64,000 nt of DNA from an uncultured Bordetella sp. (GCA_964467545.1 CAYXRY010000008.1:420-64419); one strand, 5' to 3'; positions 30,791 through 42,676 are shown, counted from the stretch's first letter. The notes: a model not told the origin generated them from the letters alone. A program made the numbers and translations.

Positions 30791-31429
30791 TCAGGCCTCA
30801 CCTTTTTCATCTTTGCCCACCACGATGCGCGTGTCAGACAAATACATGTGACGCGGGATTTCGAGATTATCGGGGGCGGGCTTGTTGGCAAAGACCCGGC
30901 CCGCGTGATCAAAATTCGAGCCATGGCAGGGGCAGAAGTAGCCCCCCTGCCAATCTGCGCCCAGTCCCGGCTGATTGCCTGTTTCAAACTTGCTGACCGG
31001 CGAGCAGCCCAGGTGGGTGCAGATGCCGACCGTGACCAGAAACTCGGGCTTAATGGAGCGATGACGATTTTTTGCGTAAGTCGGGGTCGGAAAGGCGGTC
31101 CGATCCGATTTCGGATCAGCCAGCTGGGGCTCGATTTTTTCCAAGGAGGCGAGCATCTCCGGGGTGCGCCGGACAATCCAGACCGGCTTGCCACGCCACT
31201 CCACTGTTTTGAGTCCGCCCGGCGGAATGTCACCGATATCAACTTCAACAGGGGCGCCCGCAGACCGGGCCTTCTCGGCAGGTGCCATCGAGGTGAGCAA
31301 CGGAACAGCGGTAGCCGCAGCAGCGACTCCCCCCACTGCGCCGCAGGCAATCAGCCAAGTGCGGCGCTCTGAAGTGGCGCTGGATGAAGGCTGGACGGGA
31401 AAACTGAGGTCTTGCGAGGATTGAGACAT
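30791..31429 (-). CDS. petA: Ubiquinol-cytochrome c reductase Rieske Fe-S subunit
   Basis: Twin-arginine N-terminus, CTHLGC, CPCHGS. Confidence 0.97.
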   Translation of the reverse strand: MSQSSQDLSFPVQPSSSATSERRTWLIACGAVGGVAAAATAVPLLTSMAPAEKARSAGAPVEVDIGDIPPGGLKTVEWRGKPVWIVRRTPEMLASLEKIEPQLADPKSDRTAFPTPTYAKNRHRSIKPEFLVTVGICTHLGCSPVSKFETGNQPGLGADWQGGYFCPCHGSNFDHAGRVFANKPAPDNLEIPRHMYLSDTRIVVGKDEKGEA

Positions 31430-31512
31430 AAAACCGCTCTTTCGACGTTCAAAGTTGGGGCAAACGAGTATTTTAAGCCAGCCAAAAGTCCAGTTCCAGC
31501 AATAATGGCGGC

Positions 31513-32637
31513 ATGGTCCGACGTATATGGCTCATTTTCGCCCAGGCCACCACGCTGGCCCTTGCGGCCCTGTTCGTGGTGCTGACTTTCAAGCCCCACT
31601 GGGTCGCCAATCTGGGCTCTGGCTCGGAGCCCCCCAGCTCGGGGGAGCTTGGCCTGCGTGAAGGGGGGGCGCCCATTGCCGCCCATGGCTATCGCGAGGC
31701 CGCGGCCCGGGCGATGCCGGCTGTGGTCTATATCTACACGACCCAAAAAGTCTCGGTGCCCAACCATCCCCTCTTGAATGACCCGACATTTCGCAAGTTC
31801 TTTCGTGATCAGCCAGAACGCGAGCCCACGGCCGGTCTCGGCTCCGGCGTGATCGTGTCAGACAAAGGCTATGTGCTGACCAACCATCATGTGGTCTCTG
31901 GTGCAGAACAAATTGAGGTCGGCCTGGCCGATGGCCGCCGGGCGGGTGCGGCGCTCGTGGGGACCGACCCCGACACGGATTTGGCGGTGCTCAAAATTTC
32001 TCTCGGCAGACTTCCGGTCATCGCCTTTGGCCGGCCGACCGAGGCCCGGGTGGGCGATACCGTGCTCGCCATTGGTAACCCGTTCGGGGTGGGCCAGACA
32101 GTGACCCAAGGCATCATCAGTGCGATGGGACGAAGCCGCCTCGGCATCAACACCTATGAGAATTTTATTCAGACCGATGCCGCCATCAATCCCGGCAACT
32201 CGGGTGGCGCCCTGATCGACACGCAGGGCCAGTTATTGGGCATCAACACCGCGATTTATACGCGCTCGGGCGGCAATCAAGGCATCGGCTTTGCGATTCC
32301 CGCTGACACCGCCCGATTGGTGATGGAGGCGCTGGTCACCAAGGGCCGTGTGAGTCGCGGCTACATCGGGGTGGAGCCACGGGATGCGGCCGAGGGAGAG
32401 GGCAGTCTGATTGCGGGCGTATTGAGAAGCGGTCCCGCAGATGAGGCGGGCATTCGGCCTGGTGATGTGGTGGTTGCCGTCAACGACCGGCCGATTCGCA
32501 ACATGACCGAGCTCATGGCAATGGTGGCCGCAATCGCGCCGGGCAGCAAAGCAAAATTTAAATTCAAGCGGCAGGATCAGGTGCTGGAGGCCACCGTTAG
32601 CATCGCCGAGCGGCCTGCCGTTGCAGCCAAGCGATAG
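31513..32637 (+). CDS. HtrA-family (DegS/DegQ-like) serine protease, single PDZ
   Basis: LTNHHV, DLAVLK, QTDAAINPGNSGG, one PDZ domain. Confidence 0.93.
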   Translation: MVRRIWLIFAQATTLALAALFVVLTFKPHWVANLGSGSEPPSSGELGLREGGAPIAAHGYREAAARAMPAVVYIYTTQKVSVPNHPLLNDPTFRKFFRDQPEREPTAGLGSGVIVSDKGYVLTNHHVVSGAEQIEVGLADGRRAGAALVGTDPDTDLAVLKISLGRLPVIAFGRPTEARVGDTVLAIGNPFGVGQTVTQGIISAMGRSRLGINTYENFIQTDAAINPGNSGGALIDTQGQLLGINTAIYTRSGGNQGIGFAIPADTARLVMEALVTKGRVSRGYIGVEPRDAAEGEGSLIAGVLRSGPADEAGIRPGDVVVAVNDRPIRNMTELMAMVAAIAPGSKAKFKFKRQDQVLEATVSIAERPAVAAKR

Positions 32638-32654
32638 GCCGACACGGCTGTCGA

Positions 32655-33425
32655 TTACTCCGCTGGCGTCTCCTGCCGTGCTTCACGCGGCGTAATGTAA
32701 CGCGACATGAAGATGCCGAACTCGTAGAGCAGAATCATCGGCACCGCAAGCATGAACTGACTGATGACATCCGGCGGCGTCACAATGGCTGCAATCACAA
32801 ATGCAACCACGATGAAGTAGGGCCGGAACTCCCTGAGTTTTTCGATGGAGACCATTCCCAGTCGCACCAGCACCATCTCAACGACCGGCGTTTCGAACGA
32901 GAGGCCAAACACCAGAAATAAAGTCAGCACGAAACTGAGGTACTTATCAATGTCGGTGGCCATCTGAACGCCGCTGGGAGTGTAGGCCGCCACAAACTTA
33001 AACACTGCGGGGAAAACAAAGAAATAGGCGAAGGCCATGCCCAATAAAAAGAGCAAAAAGCTGCTCAAAATAATGGGCGCTGCGAGTTTTTTCTCATGCT
33101 CATACAGGCCTGGGGCAATGAAGGCCCAGACCTGATAAAGCACGTAGGGCAGCGCCAACACAAACGCCACCATCATGGTGACTTTCATCGGTACAAAAAA
33201 AGGTGCCGTGACATCGGTGGCGATCATTGACGTGCCTGCCGGCAATGCGCTGACCAGCGGATCCGCGAGCAAAGAATAAATGTCGGGCGCCCAATAGACC
33301 AAGGCAAGAAAACAAATGATGACCGAGGCGGCAGCCCGCATCAGGCGATCGCGCAGTTCAATCAGGTGGGTGACAAAGCCCTCCTCTTTCTGGCCGGCTT
33401 CGTCTTTTTGTTGTGAATCAGTCAT
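32655..33425 (-). CDS. tatC: Tat translocase TatC
   Basis: HLIELRDRL, WAFIAPGLYEHE, TPPDVISQ. Confidence 0.97.
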   Translation of the reverse strand: MTDSQQKDEAGQKEEGFVTHLIELRDRLMRAAASVIICFLALVYWAPDIYSLLADPLVSALPAGTSMIATDVTAPFFVPMKVTMMVAFVLALPYVLYQVWAFIAPGLYEHEKKLAAPIILSSFLLFLLGMAFAYFFVFPAVFKFVAAYTPSGVQMATDIDKYLSFVLTLFLVFGLSFETPVVEMVLVRLGMVSIEKLREFRPYFIVVAFVIAAIVTPPDVISQFMLAVPMILLYEFGIFMSRYITPREARQETPAE

Positions 33426-33435
33426 GGGTCAGGAG

Positions 33436-33900
33436 TTAGTCGCGGGGCCGCTTGACATGGAATCGCTTGCGCAGGCGGCCACGGACACGTTCGCGAATGC
33501 GCCGCTGCTCCTGCTGCTCCGACCAAGAAGGTTCGGGCGCATGGATGTGAGTGCCAAATTGCCGCGTCAGCGGAGACGATGAAGTGGCGGGCTCATCAAA
33601 GCCTTCCCATGCGTCTGCCGTCTGCGAGAGATCCGAGGTCACTGCGCCCACCTCAGACTCGACCCGTTGCACGCCACTCTGAATCTGTTGGCCCACGTTC
33701 TGTACCTGCTGCTGCACTTTTCTTAACTCATCAAGGTCCATCTGCCGCTGGATATCCGTTTTGACATCGCTGACATAACGCTGTGCCCGGCCAATCAACG
33801 CACCAATGGTTCGCGTGGCGACGGGCAGGCGCTTGGGTCCCACCACCACCAAGGCGACCAGACCGATCACGACAAGTTCGGAGAATCCGATATCAAACAT
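33436..33900 (-). CDS. tatB: Tat translocase TatB
   Basis: [26 protein letters not shown]. Confidence 0.95.
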   Translation of the reverse strand: MFDIGFSELVVIGLVALVVVGPKRLPVATRTIGALIGRAQRYVSDVKTDIQRQMDLDELRKVQQQVQNVGQQIQSGVQRVESEVGAVTSDLSQTADAWEGFDEPATSSSPLTRQFGTHIHAPEPSWSEQQEQRRIRERVRGRLRKRFHVKRPRD

Positions 33901-33981
33901 AGCCTGCAGGGATCAGAGGCGCACAAGCACTGCTGCCTCGAGAAGTGAGGGGTCCGACAGCATGCTGTGGACCCGATGCCA

Positions 33982-34212
33982 TTAGCTGGGAGTTTTGTCC
34001 TTGGCCTGAACGTCGATGGTCGGGGCCTCGGTCTTTTGCGCCGGCTGGCCGGCAGTTGCATCGACGGCATTGCCGCCGTCTTTCATGCCTTCTTTGAAGC
34101 CTTTTACTGCGCCGCCAAGATCCGAACCCAGATTGCGCAGTTTCTTGGTGCCAAACACCAAGAGAATAATCAACAGGACAATCAGCCAATGCCAAACACT
34201 AAAGGAACCCAT
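33982..34212 (-). CDS. tatA: Tat translocase TatA
   Basis: [33 protein letters not shown]. Confidence 0.97.
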   Translation of the reverse strand: MGSFSVWHWLIVLLIILLVFGTKKLRNLGSDLGGAVKGFKEGMKDGGNAVDATAGQPAQKTEAPTIDVQAKDKTPS

Positions 34213-34239
34213 CACGGTCTCCGAAAAATGGTTGCGGCC

Positions 34240-34578
34240 TCAGGCAGTGGGCCTGCCGCCTAGAATATGGAGGTGCAGATGATACACCTCCTGTCCACCC
34301 GCGGGACCCGTATTGATCAGTGTTTTGAAGCCCTCGGAGGCCCCATTTTCCGCAGCCAACTGAGGGGCAAGCACTAGCATTTTCCCCAAGAGGTCCCGGT
34401 GCGAGGCATCCACATGCTGGAGCGATTCGATGTGGAGTTTTGGAATCACCAGCAGGTGTATCGGCGCCCTTGGGTTGATGTCATGAAAGGCGATGAAATC
34501 CTCGTCTTCGTAGATTTTTTTACAAGGAATCTGGCCTTGGGCGATTTTGCAAAAGATGCAGTCGGCTGAAGTCGTCAT
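34240..34578 (-). CDS. Histidine triad (HIT) nucleotide-binding protein
   Basis: DCIFCKI, AFHDINP, GQEVYHLHLHILGG. Confidence 0.95.
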   Translation of the reverse strand: MTTSADCIFCKIAQGQIPCKKIYEDEDFIAFHDINPRAPIHLLVIPKLHIESLQHVDASHRDLLGKMLVLAPQLAAENGASEGFKTLINTGPAGGQEVYHLHLHILGGRPTA

Positions 34579-34589
34579 GTGTGATGGCT

Positions 34590-34976
34590 CTAGGTTTTTT
34601 GTTCGGCGCGCCGCGCCGCCTTTTCATCCAGGCCCGAAATGCCCTCACGTCGGGCCAGCTCCGCCAAGACCTGCTCCGGCCTCAGTCCCGCCTGCTCCAG
34701 CACCACCAGGCAGTGAAACCAGAGATCCGCCATTTCACTGAGCGTGCGGCCCGCGACTCCGTCTTTTGCTGCCATGATGACCTCAGCGGCTTCTTCCCCC
34801 ACCTTTTTCAAGGCGGCATCAGGGGCGGCCGCAAGCAGGCGCGCCACATAAGAACTCTGGGGGTCAAGGCCTCGGCGGCTGGCGATCACATCAGCCAAAC
34901 GTGACAACACAGCCGCAGGGTCACGAATATCCGTGTCAGGCGGCAGCATCTTTGGATCAGGCAATGAGGTGGTCAT
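34590..34976 (-). CDS. hisE: Phosphoribosyl-ATP diphosphatase
   Basis: [31 protein letters not shown]. Confidence 0.95.
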   Translation of the reverse strand: MTTSLPDPKMLPPDTDIRDPAAVLSRLADVIASRRGLDPQSSYVARLLAAAPDAALKKVGEEAAEVIMAAKDGVAGRTLSEMADLWFHCLVVLEQAGLRPEQVLAELARREGISGLDEKAARRAEQKT

Positions 34977-34999
34977 AGAACATTGATGTTGACCAAAGT

Positions 35000-35467
35000 C
35001 TACGCTGAACCGCCTTCGCGTGGATCTTTTGCCCGCGCGGCATACAGCGTCTTCGGGTCTTTGAGCACTGGATCAACCGCTTGCCATCGTAACAACAGTG
35101 GCCCTGGGCCGCCCGGAGATGCTTTGGGGTTCTCTTCTGACTGAAGCTGAAAATACATGCACGACTCACGGCCAGTATGGCAGGCAATACCGCCTGCCTG
35201 TTCAACCAAGAGCAGAATCACATCCGCATCACAGTCCAGCCGAATTTCTTGAACCCGCTGGATGTGGCCCGACTCCTCGCCCTTGCGCCATAGCCGCTGA
35301 CGCGAGCGAGAAAAATAAACCGCGCGTCGGGTGGTTGCGGTCTCCAGCAGGGCTTCACGATTCATCCACGCCACCATCAGCACACGTTTGCTGGTGGCAT
35401 CCTGAGCGACTGCAGAGATCAGGCCGTTGGCATCCCACTTGACTGCGTCAAGCCAATCCTGATTCAT
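35000..35467 (-). CDS. hisI: Phosphoribosyl-AMP cyclohydrolase
   Basis: [30 protein letters not shown]. Confidence 0.96.
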   Translation of the reverse strand: MNQDWLDAVKWDANGLISAVAQDATSKRVLMVAWMNREALLETATTRRAVYFSRSRQRLWRKGEESGHIQRVQEIRLDCDADVILLLVEQAGGIACHTGRESCMYFQLQSEENPKASPGGPGPLLLRWQAVDPVLKDPKTLYAARAKDPREGGSA

Positions 35468-36246
35468 TGCGTCGTTCCCCGGGGTGATGCAGGGCTGCGA
35501 ACGCAGACACCGCGGCGAGACAGATAGGCCTTGGCCTCGCCAATCGTGTGCTCGCCAAAATGAAATATCGAGGCGGCCAGCACTGCATCGGCTGCGCCCT
35601 GGGTCACGCCCTCATAGAGATGCTCGAGGCTGCCAACGCCGCCACTGGCAATCACTGGAATGGATACCGACTGGGCGACTGCACGCGTGAGTTCGAGATC
35701 AAAGCCTTGCCGTGTGCCGTCGCGATCCATGCTGGTGAGCAGAATCTCGCCGGCGCCCATCTCGGTGACTCGGGCGGCCCACTGCAACGCATTGATTCCC
35801 GTCGAATTTCTGCCGCCATGGGTGAAGACCTCCCAATGAGCGCCAACGCGCTTGGCATCGATGGCCACCACAATGCACTGGGCCCCAAACTTATCGGAGC
35901 ACTGGCGAATCAAATCTGGCTGATGAATCGCAGCGGTATTCATACTGATTTTGTCAGCGCCCGCATTCAAAAGCCTGCGGACATCCTCGACGGTGCGGAC
36001 ACCGCCCCCAACGGTCAGCGGAATGAAGACTTGATCGGCGACCGCCTCAATCATGGGCAGAATGAGATCACGATCATCGCTCGAAGCAGTGATATCGAGA
36101 AACGTGACTTCATCGGCGCCTTGCTGATCATAGCGTCGGGCGATTTCAACAGGATCTCCCGCATCCCGCAGCGATACAAAGTTCACGCCTTTGACAACCC
36201 GGCCGGCATTTACATCCAGGCAGGGAATAATGCGTTTGGCGAGCAT
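35464..36246 (-). CDS. hisF: Imidazole glycerol phosphate synthase cyclase subunit
   Basis: [29 protein letters not shown]. Confidence 0.98.
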   Translation of the reverse strand: MLAKRIIPCLDVNAGRVVKGVNFVSLRDAGDPVEIARRYDQQGADEVTFLDITASSDDRDLILPMIEAVADQVFIPLTVGGGVRTVEDVRRLLNAGADKISMNTAAIHQPDLIRQCSDKFGAQCIVVAIDAKRVGAHWEVFTHGGRNSTGINALQWAARVTEMGAGEILLTSMDRDGTRQGFDLELTRAVAQSVSIPVIASGGVGSLEHLYEGVTQGAADAVLAASIFHFGEHTIGEAKAYLSRRGVCVRSPASPRGTTQ

Positions 36247-36249
36247 TGA

Positions 36250-36993
36250 TTATTTCTTCGCGAAATCATCGGCGCGTTTCTGCGCCTTTTTGAAATCGAT
36301 ATGGCCTTCGTAGAGTGAGCGGCCCAGAATCGCGGCCGTGATGCCCTCGGCTTCAAGCTTGCACAAGGCATCGATGTCTTTCAAGCTCGCGATTCCGCCG
36401 CTGGCAATAATCGGCACACTCACACTCTCGGCCAGTTTGAGTGTTGCCTCAATGTTGACCCCTGAGAGCATGCCGTCGCGGCCAATATCGGTGTACAGAA
36501 TCGATTCAACGCCGTAGTCCTCGAATTTTTTGGCCAGATCGATGACCTCATGGCCAGAGAGCTTGCTCCAGCCGTCGGTGGCGACTTTGCCATCCTTGGC
36601 ATCAATTGACACGATGATGTGGCCGGGAAATGCGACACAGGCATCCTGCAGCAGGCCAGGATTTTTCACGGCGGCCGTACCGATCACCATGTAGGTGGCG
36701 CCATCATCAAGAAAACGCTCAATGGTGTCGAGGTCACGAATGCCGCCGCCAATCTGTACCGGAATCTCTCCGCCGAGGGCCTTCATGATGGCCTTGAAGG
36801 CGGGCTCATTTTTCGGACGGCCAGCAATCGCGCCATTGAGATCCACGATGTGCAGTCGCCGGGCGCCCTGATCTTTCCAGTGGGTAGCCATCTCGCCGGG
36901 CTTGTCCGAAAACACGGTCGCAGCTTTTAAATCCCCTTGTTTCAGGCGAACGCACTGTCCATCTTTTAAATCAATTGCGGGGATTAACAGCAT
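36250..36993 (-). CDS. hisA: ProFAR isomerase
   Basis: [32 protein letters not shown]. Confidence 0.98.
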   Translation of the reverse strand: MLLIPAIDLKDGQCVRLKQGDLKAATVFSDKPGEMATHWKDQGARRLHIVDLNGAIAGRPKNEPAFKAIMKALGGEIPVQIGGGIRDLDTIERFLDDGATYMVIGTAAVKNPGLLQDACVAFPGHIIVSIDAKDGKVATDGWSKLSGHEVIDLAKKFEDYGVESILYTDIGRDGMLSGVNIEATLKLAESVSVPIIASGGIASLKDIDALCKLEAEGITAAILGRSLYEGHIDFKKAQKRADDFAKK

Positions 36994-37002
36994 GTCTCAG
37001 AT

Positions 37003-37638
37003 CTAAGGCTTCCAGGTCACAAAATTCGACAGCATCTTCAGGCCAGAGTTCGCGCTTTTTTCAGGATGAAACTGGGTGGCAATGATGTTATCCCTGGCCA
37101 CCGCAGAGGTAAAGCGCACGCCATACTCACTCTCGCCCAGCACGTGTGCCTGATTGCTAGGTTCGGCATGAAAACTGTGGACAAAATAAAACCAGTCGCC
37201 GGACTCGATCCCGTGCAGGATCGGATGCGGGGCGCGCCAGTGGACCTCATTCCAGCCCATATGGGGCACCTTCAGGGGCCGGCCCGAGTGATCCCGTGCG
37301 CCGCGATCAGCCGAAAATAAGACAACTTCGCCGGGCAAGGCCCCAAGGCCGTCGGTGTTGCCCTCTTCGCTGCGATCAAAGAGCATCTGCTCGCCCACAC
37401 AGATGCCAAAAAAGGGCTTGGTTCGGCAGGCCGTCAGCACCGCGTCACGTAGGCCAGATCGCACCAGGCTTGCCATGCAGTCGTGCATGGCACCCTGGCC
37501 GGGAAAAACGACTCGATCCGCACGCCCAAGGGCTTGGGCGGAATCGACAATCTCGACATCGGCCTGCGGTGCCACGGCGCGGAATGCCCGCAACACGCTG
37601 CGCAAATTCCCCGATCCGTAATCAACAATGGCAATCAA
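37003..37638 (-). CDS. hisH: Imidazole glycerol phosphate synthase glutaminase subunit
   Basis: DYGSGNLRSV, GICVG, VPHMGWN, QFHPEKS; TTG start. Confidence 0.96.
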   Translation of the reverse strand: MIAIVDYGSGNLRSVLRAFRAVAPQADVEIVDSAQALGRADRVVFPGQGAMHDCMASLVRSGLRDAVLTACRTKPFFGICVGEQMLFDRSEEGNTDGLGALPGEVVLFSADRGARDHSGRPLKVPHMGWNEVHWRAPHPILHGIESGDWFYFVHSFHAEPSNQAHVLGESEYGVRFTSAVARDNIIATQFHPEKSANSGLKMLSNFVTWKP

Positions 37639-37687
37639 CTGATCACGTCTTCTGCTGGTGGCATCGGCAGCAACGCCAATGGGTTAA

Positions 37688-38278
37688 TCAGAGACTTCCC
37701 TTGGTCGATGGAATGACGTCCTGCGACAGGCGCGGATCGAGCGCCACCGCCATACGCAAGGCGCGCGCGAAGGCCTTGAAAATCGTCTCGCACTGGTGAT
37801 GGGCGTTTTCGCCTTTGAGATTGTCAATATGAAGCGTGACCTGGGCATGATTGACGAAGCCCTGAAAAAATTCATGAATCAAATCCAAATCAAATTGACC
37901 GACCACGCTGCGTTTCCATTTCACGCCAAACTCAAGGCCGGGCCGGCCCGACAGATCCACCACCACCCGCGAAAGTGCCTCATCCAGTGGAACGTAGGCG
38001 TGGCCGTAGCGACAGATTCCGCGCTTATCGCCAACGGCCTTCGCAAACGCCTGGCCTAGGGTGATGCCAATGTCTTCAACGGTGTGATGGGCATCAATTT
38101 GAAGATCGCCTTTGGCGGCGATGTCCAGATCGATAAGGCCGTGCCGGGCAATCTGATCCAGCATGTGATCCAGAAACGGTAAGCCAGAGTCGAGGCTGCG
38201 CTGGCCCGAGCCATCCAGATTCAGGCTGACCTGAATCTGAGTCTCAGCAGTATCGCGACGGACTTGGGCAACTCTCAT
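37688..38278 (-). CDS. hisB: Imidazoleglycerol-phosphate dehydratase
   Basis: [35 protein letters not shown] before ATG 38278. Confidence 0.97.
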   Translation of the reverse strand: MRVAQVRRDTAETQIQVSLNLDGSGQRSLDSGLPFLDHMLDQIARHGLIDLDIAAKGDLQIDAHHTVEDIGITLGQAFAKAVGDKRGICRYGHAYVPLDEALSRVVVDLSGRPGLEFGVKWKRSVVGQFDLDLIHEFFQGFVNHAQVTLHIDNLKGENAHHQCETIFKAFARALRMAVALDPRLSQDVIPSTKGSL

Positions 38279-38296
38279 AACCGCTCCTTTGTTGCA

Positions 38297-38306
38297 ATGA
38301 TACATT
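38297..38306. promoter_or_regulatory. Overlapping divergent -10 elements for hisC (+) and hisB (-)
   Basis: Plus strand TG-a-TACATT, 7 nt before the hisC ATG; minus strand TATCAT upstream of the hisB SD. Confidence 0.5.
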
Positions 38307-38313
38307 TCCGCGC

Positions 38314-39405
38314 ATGAGCAAATTCTGGAGTGCACTGGTCCGGGAGCTGTCACCCTACACCCCCGGCGAGCAGCCCAAGATCCCGGGGCTCATCAAGCTC
38401 AATACCAACGAGAACCCCTATCCCCCCTCTGCGAAAGCCATCGAGGCTATTCAGGCCGCTGCCGATGCGGGCCTGAGGCTTTATCCCGATCCAGAATCAG
38501 TGCATTTGCGACAAGCCATTGGTCTGGCCTGCGGTGTTCCGCAAGACCACGTGTTTGTCGGCAATGGATCGGATGAAGTGCTGGCGTTTGTCTTTCAGGG
38601 ATTATTGGATGGCCGCGGCGATCGCCCGGGGGATCCTTCACCGGTGGTTTTTCCCGACATCACTTACAGCTTTTACCCAACTTACTGCCGGCTTTATCGG
38701 ATTGCGTACGCACTGCTGCCGCTGGCGCAGGATTTTTCGATTCCGTTTGATGAGATTCCGGCGCATGCGCGCGCGGTGATTTTTCCCAACCCCAATGCCC
38801 CCACCGGGAAGGCGGTGGACCCCAAAGAAATCGCATCACTGCTGGCAGCACGGCCCGATCGGCTGGTGGTCGTGGATGAGGCCTATGTCGATTTCGGTGC
38901 CGAGTCCTGCGTGCCGCTGACCCTGCATCACCCAAATCTTTTGGTGACCCAATCCTTTTCGAAATCCCGAGCCCTTGCAGGACTAAGGGTGGGTTTTGCA
39001 ATCGGGCAGCCGGCTTTGCTGGATGCGCTCAACCGCATCAAGAACAGCTTTAACTCGTATCCCATTGATCGACTCGCCGCCGCTGGTGCGGCGGCGGCCA
39101 TTCTGGATGCAGCATGGTTTGAACAGAATCGTGCTCGGATTGTGCAATCACGGCAGTCCCTGACAGAAGGCCTATCGGCCCTGGGCTTTGCGGTGATCCC
39201 ATCCCGCGCCAATTTTGTCTTCGCCCAGCATCCGGCATTCGAAGGGGCAAGGCTTGCCCGTGCACTGCGCGATCAGAATATTCTGGTCCGACACTTTGCT
39301 GTGCCGAGGATTGACCGCTATCTCAGAATTACCGTGGGCACCGACGACGAAGTCCGCCAACTCTTGGCAGCGCTTGCAGACATTATTTCTTCGCCACGGC
39401 CTTGA
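38314..39405 (+). CDS. hisC: Histidinol-phosphate aminotransferase (inverted relative to the his cluster)
   Basis: [48 protein letters not shown]. Confidence 0.93.
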   Translation: MSKFWSALVRELSPYTPGEQPKIPGLIKLNTNENPYPPSAKAIEAIQAAADAGLRLYPDPESVHLRQAIGLACGVPQDHVFVGNGSDEVLAFVFQGLLDGRGDRPGDPSPVVFPDITYSFYPTYCRLYRIAYALLPLAQDFSIPFDEIPAHARAVIFPNPNAPTGKAVDPKEIASLLAARPDRLVVVDEAYVDFGAESCVPLTLHHPNLLVTQSFSKSRALAGLRVGFAIGQPALLDALNRIKNSFNSYPIDRLAAAGAAAAILDAAWFEQNRARIVQSRQSLTEGLSALGFAVIPSRANFVFAQHPAFEGARLARALRDQNILVRHFAVPRIDRYLRITVGTDDEVRQLLAALADIISSPRP

Positions 39406-40702
39406 GTCTGAGCTCTGCCGCCCGGGCATGGGCCGGCAGCTGCTCTCCATAGGCGAGGGTGGCAGCAATTTTTCCGAGCGGCTGGGCCCCTTCGGGGCTG
39501 ATCTCGATCATGCTGGTGCGTTTTTGAAAATCGTAGACGCCCAAGGGAGACGAAAACCGTGCCGTACGCATCGTGGGCAAGACATGATTGGGTCCCGCGC
39601 AATAGTCTCCCAGAGACTCCGATGCATATCGGCCAAGAAACATTGCGCCCGCATGACGAATTTTCTCCGCCCAGCGCTCGGGCTGATCCGTCGAGATCTC
39701 GAGATGCTCGGCCGCAATCGATGAGGCGATGACGCAGGCCTCGTCGAGGTCCCGCACCTGGATGAGAGCGCCCCGGCCTTCCATGGATTTTTGAATCACT
39801 GCTTGGCGCGGCATCTCAGATATCCATCGATCGATCGAGGCCTGGACTGCATCCAAAAATTTTGCCTCCGGTGCCAAGAGAATCGACTGCGCGAGCTCAT
39901 CGTGCTCCGCCTGCGAGAATAAATCCATGGCAATCCAATCCGGGTCAGTCTTGCCATCACAAATCACCAAGATCTCGGAAGGGCCCGCAATCATGTCGAT
40001 ACCGACCTGGCCAAAGACCTGACGCTTGGCCTCGGCAACATAGGCATTGCCTGGGCCAACAATTTTATCGACCGCAGGAATCGTTGGTGTGCCGTAGGCC
40101 AATGCGGCCACCGCCTGGGCACCGCCAATGGTGAAGACCCGATCCACACCAGCAATCCAGGCAGCGGCGAGCACCAATGGATTGCGTGCGCCCTGCGGTG
40201 TCGGCACCACCATGATCAGTTCTGTCACGCCGGCAACTTTTGCGGGGATTGCATTCATCAGCACCGAGGAGGGATAGGCCGCCTTGCCGCCGGGCACATA
40301 CAGCCCAGCACGATCTAACGCCGAAACCCGTTGGCCCAGACGATTTCCAAAACGATCGGTGTGGCTCCACGACGATTGGCGTTGCAATTCATGAAAAGCC
40401 TTGATGCGCTCGGCCGCCTCCGTCAACGCAAGGCGCTGCGACTCTTCGAGGGCCTCAAAGGCTTGGCGGAGCTCATGACGCGTGATCTCCAGCTCGGACA
40501 CTGACTGGGCCTGCAGCTGATCGAATCGTGCTGTGGCTTGCAGCAGTGCCGCATCACCTCGGACACGGATGTCATGAATAATCGCTTTTACTGCATCGGC
40601 TATTGCCTGATCTTGGGCCGCATCAAAACGTAACAAGGCCGCGAGCCGGACCCCAAAGTCCTGCTGCGAAGTGCTGAGTCGGGCAATCTTGACCAAGGCC
40701 AT
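39383..40702 (-). CDS. hisD: Histidinol dehydrogenase
   Basis: [45 protein letters not shown]. Confidence 0.98.
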   Translation of the reverse strand: MALVKIARLSTSQQDFGVRLAALLRFDAAQDQAIADAVKAIIHDIRVRGDAALLQATARFDQLQAQSVSELEITRHELRQAFEALEESQRLALTEAAERIKAFHELQRQSSWSHTDRFGNRLGQRVSALDRAGLYVPGGKAAYPSSVLMNAIPAKVAGVTELIMVVPTPQGARNPLVLAAAWIAGVDRVFTIGGAQAVAALAYGTPTIPAVDKIVGPGNAYVAEAKRQVFGQVGIDMIAGPSEILVICDGKTDPDWIAMDLFSQAEHDELAQSILLAPEAKFLDAVQASIDRWISEMPRQAVIQKSMEGRGALIQVRDLDEACVIASSIAAEHLEISTDQPERWAEKIRHAGAMFLGRYASESLGDYCAGPNHVLPTMRTARFSSPLGVYDFQKRTSMIEISPEGAQPLGKIAATLAYGEQLPAHARAAELRLKAVAKK

Positions 40703-40706
40703 TGCA

Positions 40707-41348
40707 TCAGCCTTTTGATACTGCTTGGGCGAGGGCATCCATGAGCGGCCTTAACTGCTCTGGCCGGGTCTTCAAGGCTGCCTGATTGACAATGAGCCGT
40801 GCGGAAACGTCTGAAATTTTTTCCACCTCTTTAAGACCATTGGCTTTGAGTGTGCCCCCAGTGGAGACCAAATCCACAATCCCATCGGCAAGCCCAACCA
40901 ATGGCGCAAGCTCCATCGAGCCGTAAAGCTTAATCAAATCCACATGCATGCCTTTGGCGGCAAAATGCGTTTTGGCAATCTGAACATATTTGCTGGCCAC
41001 ACGAATCCGGGCCCCGCGGCGGACCATTGCCTGGTAATCCAGGCCCTCTGGAACTGCGACCGACATTCGACACCTCGCGATTCCCAAGTCCACCGGCTGC
41101 ACCAGGCCCTCGCTGCCTTGCTCCGCCAAAACATCGGACCCGGCGATACCAAGATCAGCGGCACCATATTGGACGTAGGTAGGCACATCACTGGCGCGCA
41201 CGATCAAGAGCCGCAGATCCGCACGGCTCGTTGCCAGGATCAAACGCCTTGATGATTCTGGTGATTCCTTCGGCAGCAGGCCGGCCGACTTCAAAAGCGG
41301 CAATGCCTCATCAAATATGCGGCCCTTGGACAGGGCAAAGGTCATCAT
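40707..41348 (-). CDS. hisG: ATP phosphoribosyltransferase, short form
   Basis: [32 protein letters not shown]; 213 aa. Confidence 0.97.
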   Translation of the reverse strand: MMTFALSKGRIFDEALPLLKSAGLLPKESPESSRRLILATSRADLRLLIVRASDVPTYVQYGAADLGIAGSDVLAEQGSEGLVQPVDLGIARCRMSVAVPEGLDYQAMVRRGARIRVASKYVQIAKTHFAAKGMHVDLIKLYGSMELAPLVGLADGIVDLVSTGGTLKANGLKEVEKISDVSARLIVNQAALKTRPEQLRPLMDALAQAVSKG

Positions 41349-41351
41349 GGC

Positions 41352-42629
41352 TTAAGCCTTCTCAGTGGTTCGCGAGACACGGGCACCGATGGCGCAGAGC
41401 TTTTGCTCCATACGGTCATACCCCCGATCGAGATGATAAATGCGGTCGATTTCCGTCTCTCCACTGGCAACCAGTGCCGCGATGACCAGGCCAGCCGATG
41501 CCCGAAGATCTGTGGCCATGACCCGCGCACCCGAGAGGCCGGCACCCCCTTTGACCACAGCAGTATGGCCATCGACCTCGATGTCGGCGCCCAATCGACG
41601 CAGCTCCTGAACATGCATGAAACGATTTTCAAAAATGGTCTCGGTGATAATGCTGGTGCCGGTGGCGACAGCGGCGACCGCCATCAGCTGGGCCTGCATG
41701 TCGGTGGCCAGGCCCGGAAAGGGGGCGGTTCTGAAATTCATCGGCCTGGGCCGATCACTGGCCACCACCCGAATGCCTTGGGCCACCTCCTGAATCAAGA
41801 CCCCGGCCTCTCGAAGTTTTTCAATCGTGGCGCCCATCATGTCAGGCTGTGCCTGACGTACCACGACATCACCACCCGCCGCCGCAACTGCGCACAGAAA
41901 TGTGCCCGCCTCAATCCGATCCGCCATGATGGCGTGCTGCGCACCGCCGAGCCGATCCACCCCATGAATCACGATTCGATCGGTGCCTGCCCCCTCAATT
42001 CGGGCGCCCATGCGCACCAGACACTGGGCAAGATCCACCACCTCGGGCTCGCGTGCTGCATTGTCGATCACGGTTGTGCCCTCGGCTAGCACCGCCGCCA
42101 TCATCAGATTCTCTGTGCCGGTGACCGTGACCATATCGGTCACGATCCTTGCACCACGTAGCCGTCTGGCCTGGGCCTTGATGTACCCGTGCTCGATTCG
42201 AATCTCCGCGCCCATCGCTGTTAAGCCCTTGATGTGCTGATCCACCGGACGCTGGCCGATGGCGCATCCCCCTGGAAGACTGACCAAAGCCTCACCAAAG
42301 CGGGCCAACATGGGGCCGAGCACCAGCACCGAGGCCCGCATGGTCTTGACGAGTTCGTAAGGCGCCTGGAGATGCGTCATGGCATCGGAGTGCAATGAGA
42401 GCTGCTCCTGGCCATCGGACTGCTGGGCCACCGTTTCGATTCGGGTGCCCATCTGGGCAAGGAGTTTTTTCATCGTACTGACATCGCGTAGCCGCGGCAC
42501 GTTGGACAGGACGAGTGGCTCGGCCGTGAGGAGCGACGCACACAGGATGGGGAGGGCTGCATTTTTCGCGCCCGATACCGAGACCTCGCCCTGAAGAGGG
42601 CTGCCACCAAGAATTTGAAAACGGTCCAT
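41352..42629 (-). CDS. murA: UDP-N-acetylglucosamine 1-carboxyvinyltransferase
   Basis: [34 protein letters not shown]. Confidence 0.98.
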   Translation of the reverse strand: MDRFQILGGSPLQGEVSVSGAKNAALPILCASLLTAEPLVLSNVPRLRDVSTMKKLLAQMGTRIETVAQQSDGQEQLSLHSDAMTHLQAPYELVKTMRASVLVLGPMLARFGEALVSLPGGCAIGQRPVDQHIKGLTAMGAEIRIEHGYIKAQARRLRGARIVTDMVTVTGTENLMMAAVLAEGTTVIDNAAREPEVVDLAQCLVRMGARIEGAGTDRIVIHGVDRLGGAQHAIMADRIEAGTFLCAVAAAGGDVVVRQAQPDMMGATIEKLREAGVLIQEVAQGIRVVASDRPRPMNFRTAPFPGLATDMQAQLMAVAAVATGTSIITETIFENRFMHVQELRRLGADIEVDGHTAVVKGGAGLSGARVMATDLRASAGLVIAALVASGETEIDRIYHLDRGYDRMEQKLCAIGARVSRTTEKA

Positions 42630-42676
42630 AGGCTTCAACAGAAAGGCTCAACGTAAGGCGCTGGCCTGCGGGGTCC

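Noticed and set aside
34983..34996. FNR-like TTGAT-N4-ACCAA in the hisI-hisE spacer
   Set aside because: One mismatch, mid-operon, no anaerobic rationale; likely chance
40707..41348. HisG looks truncated
   Set aside because: It is the normal short form that partners HisZ
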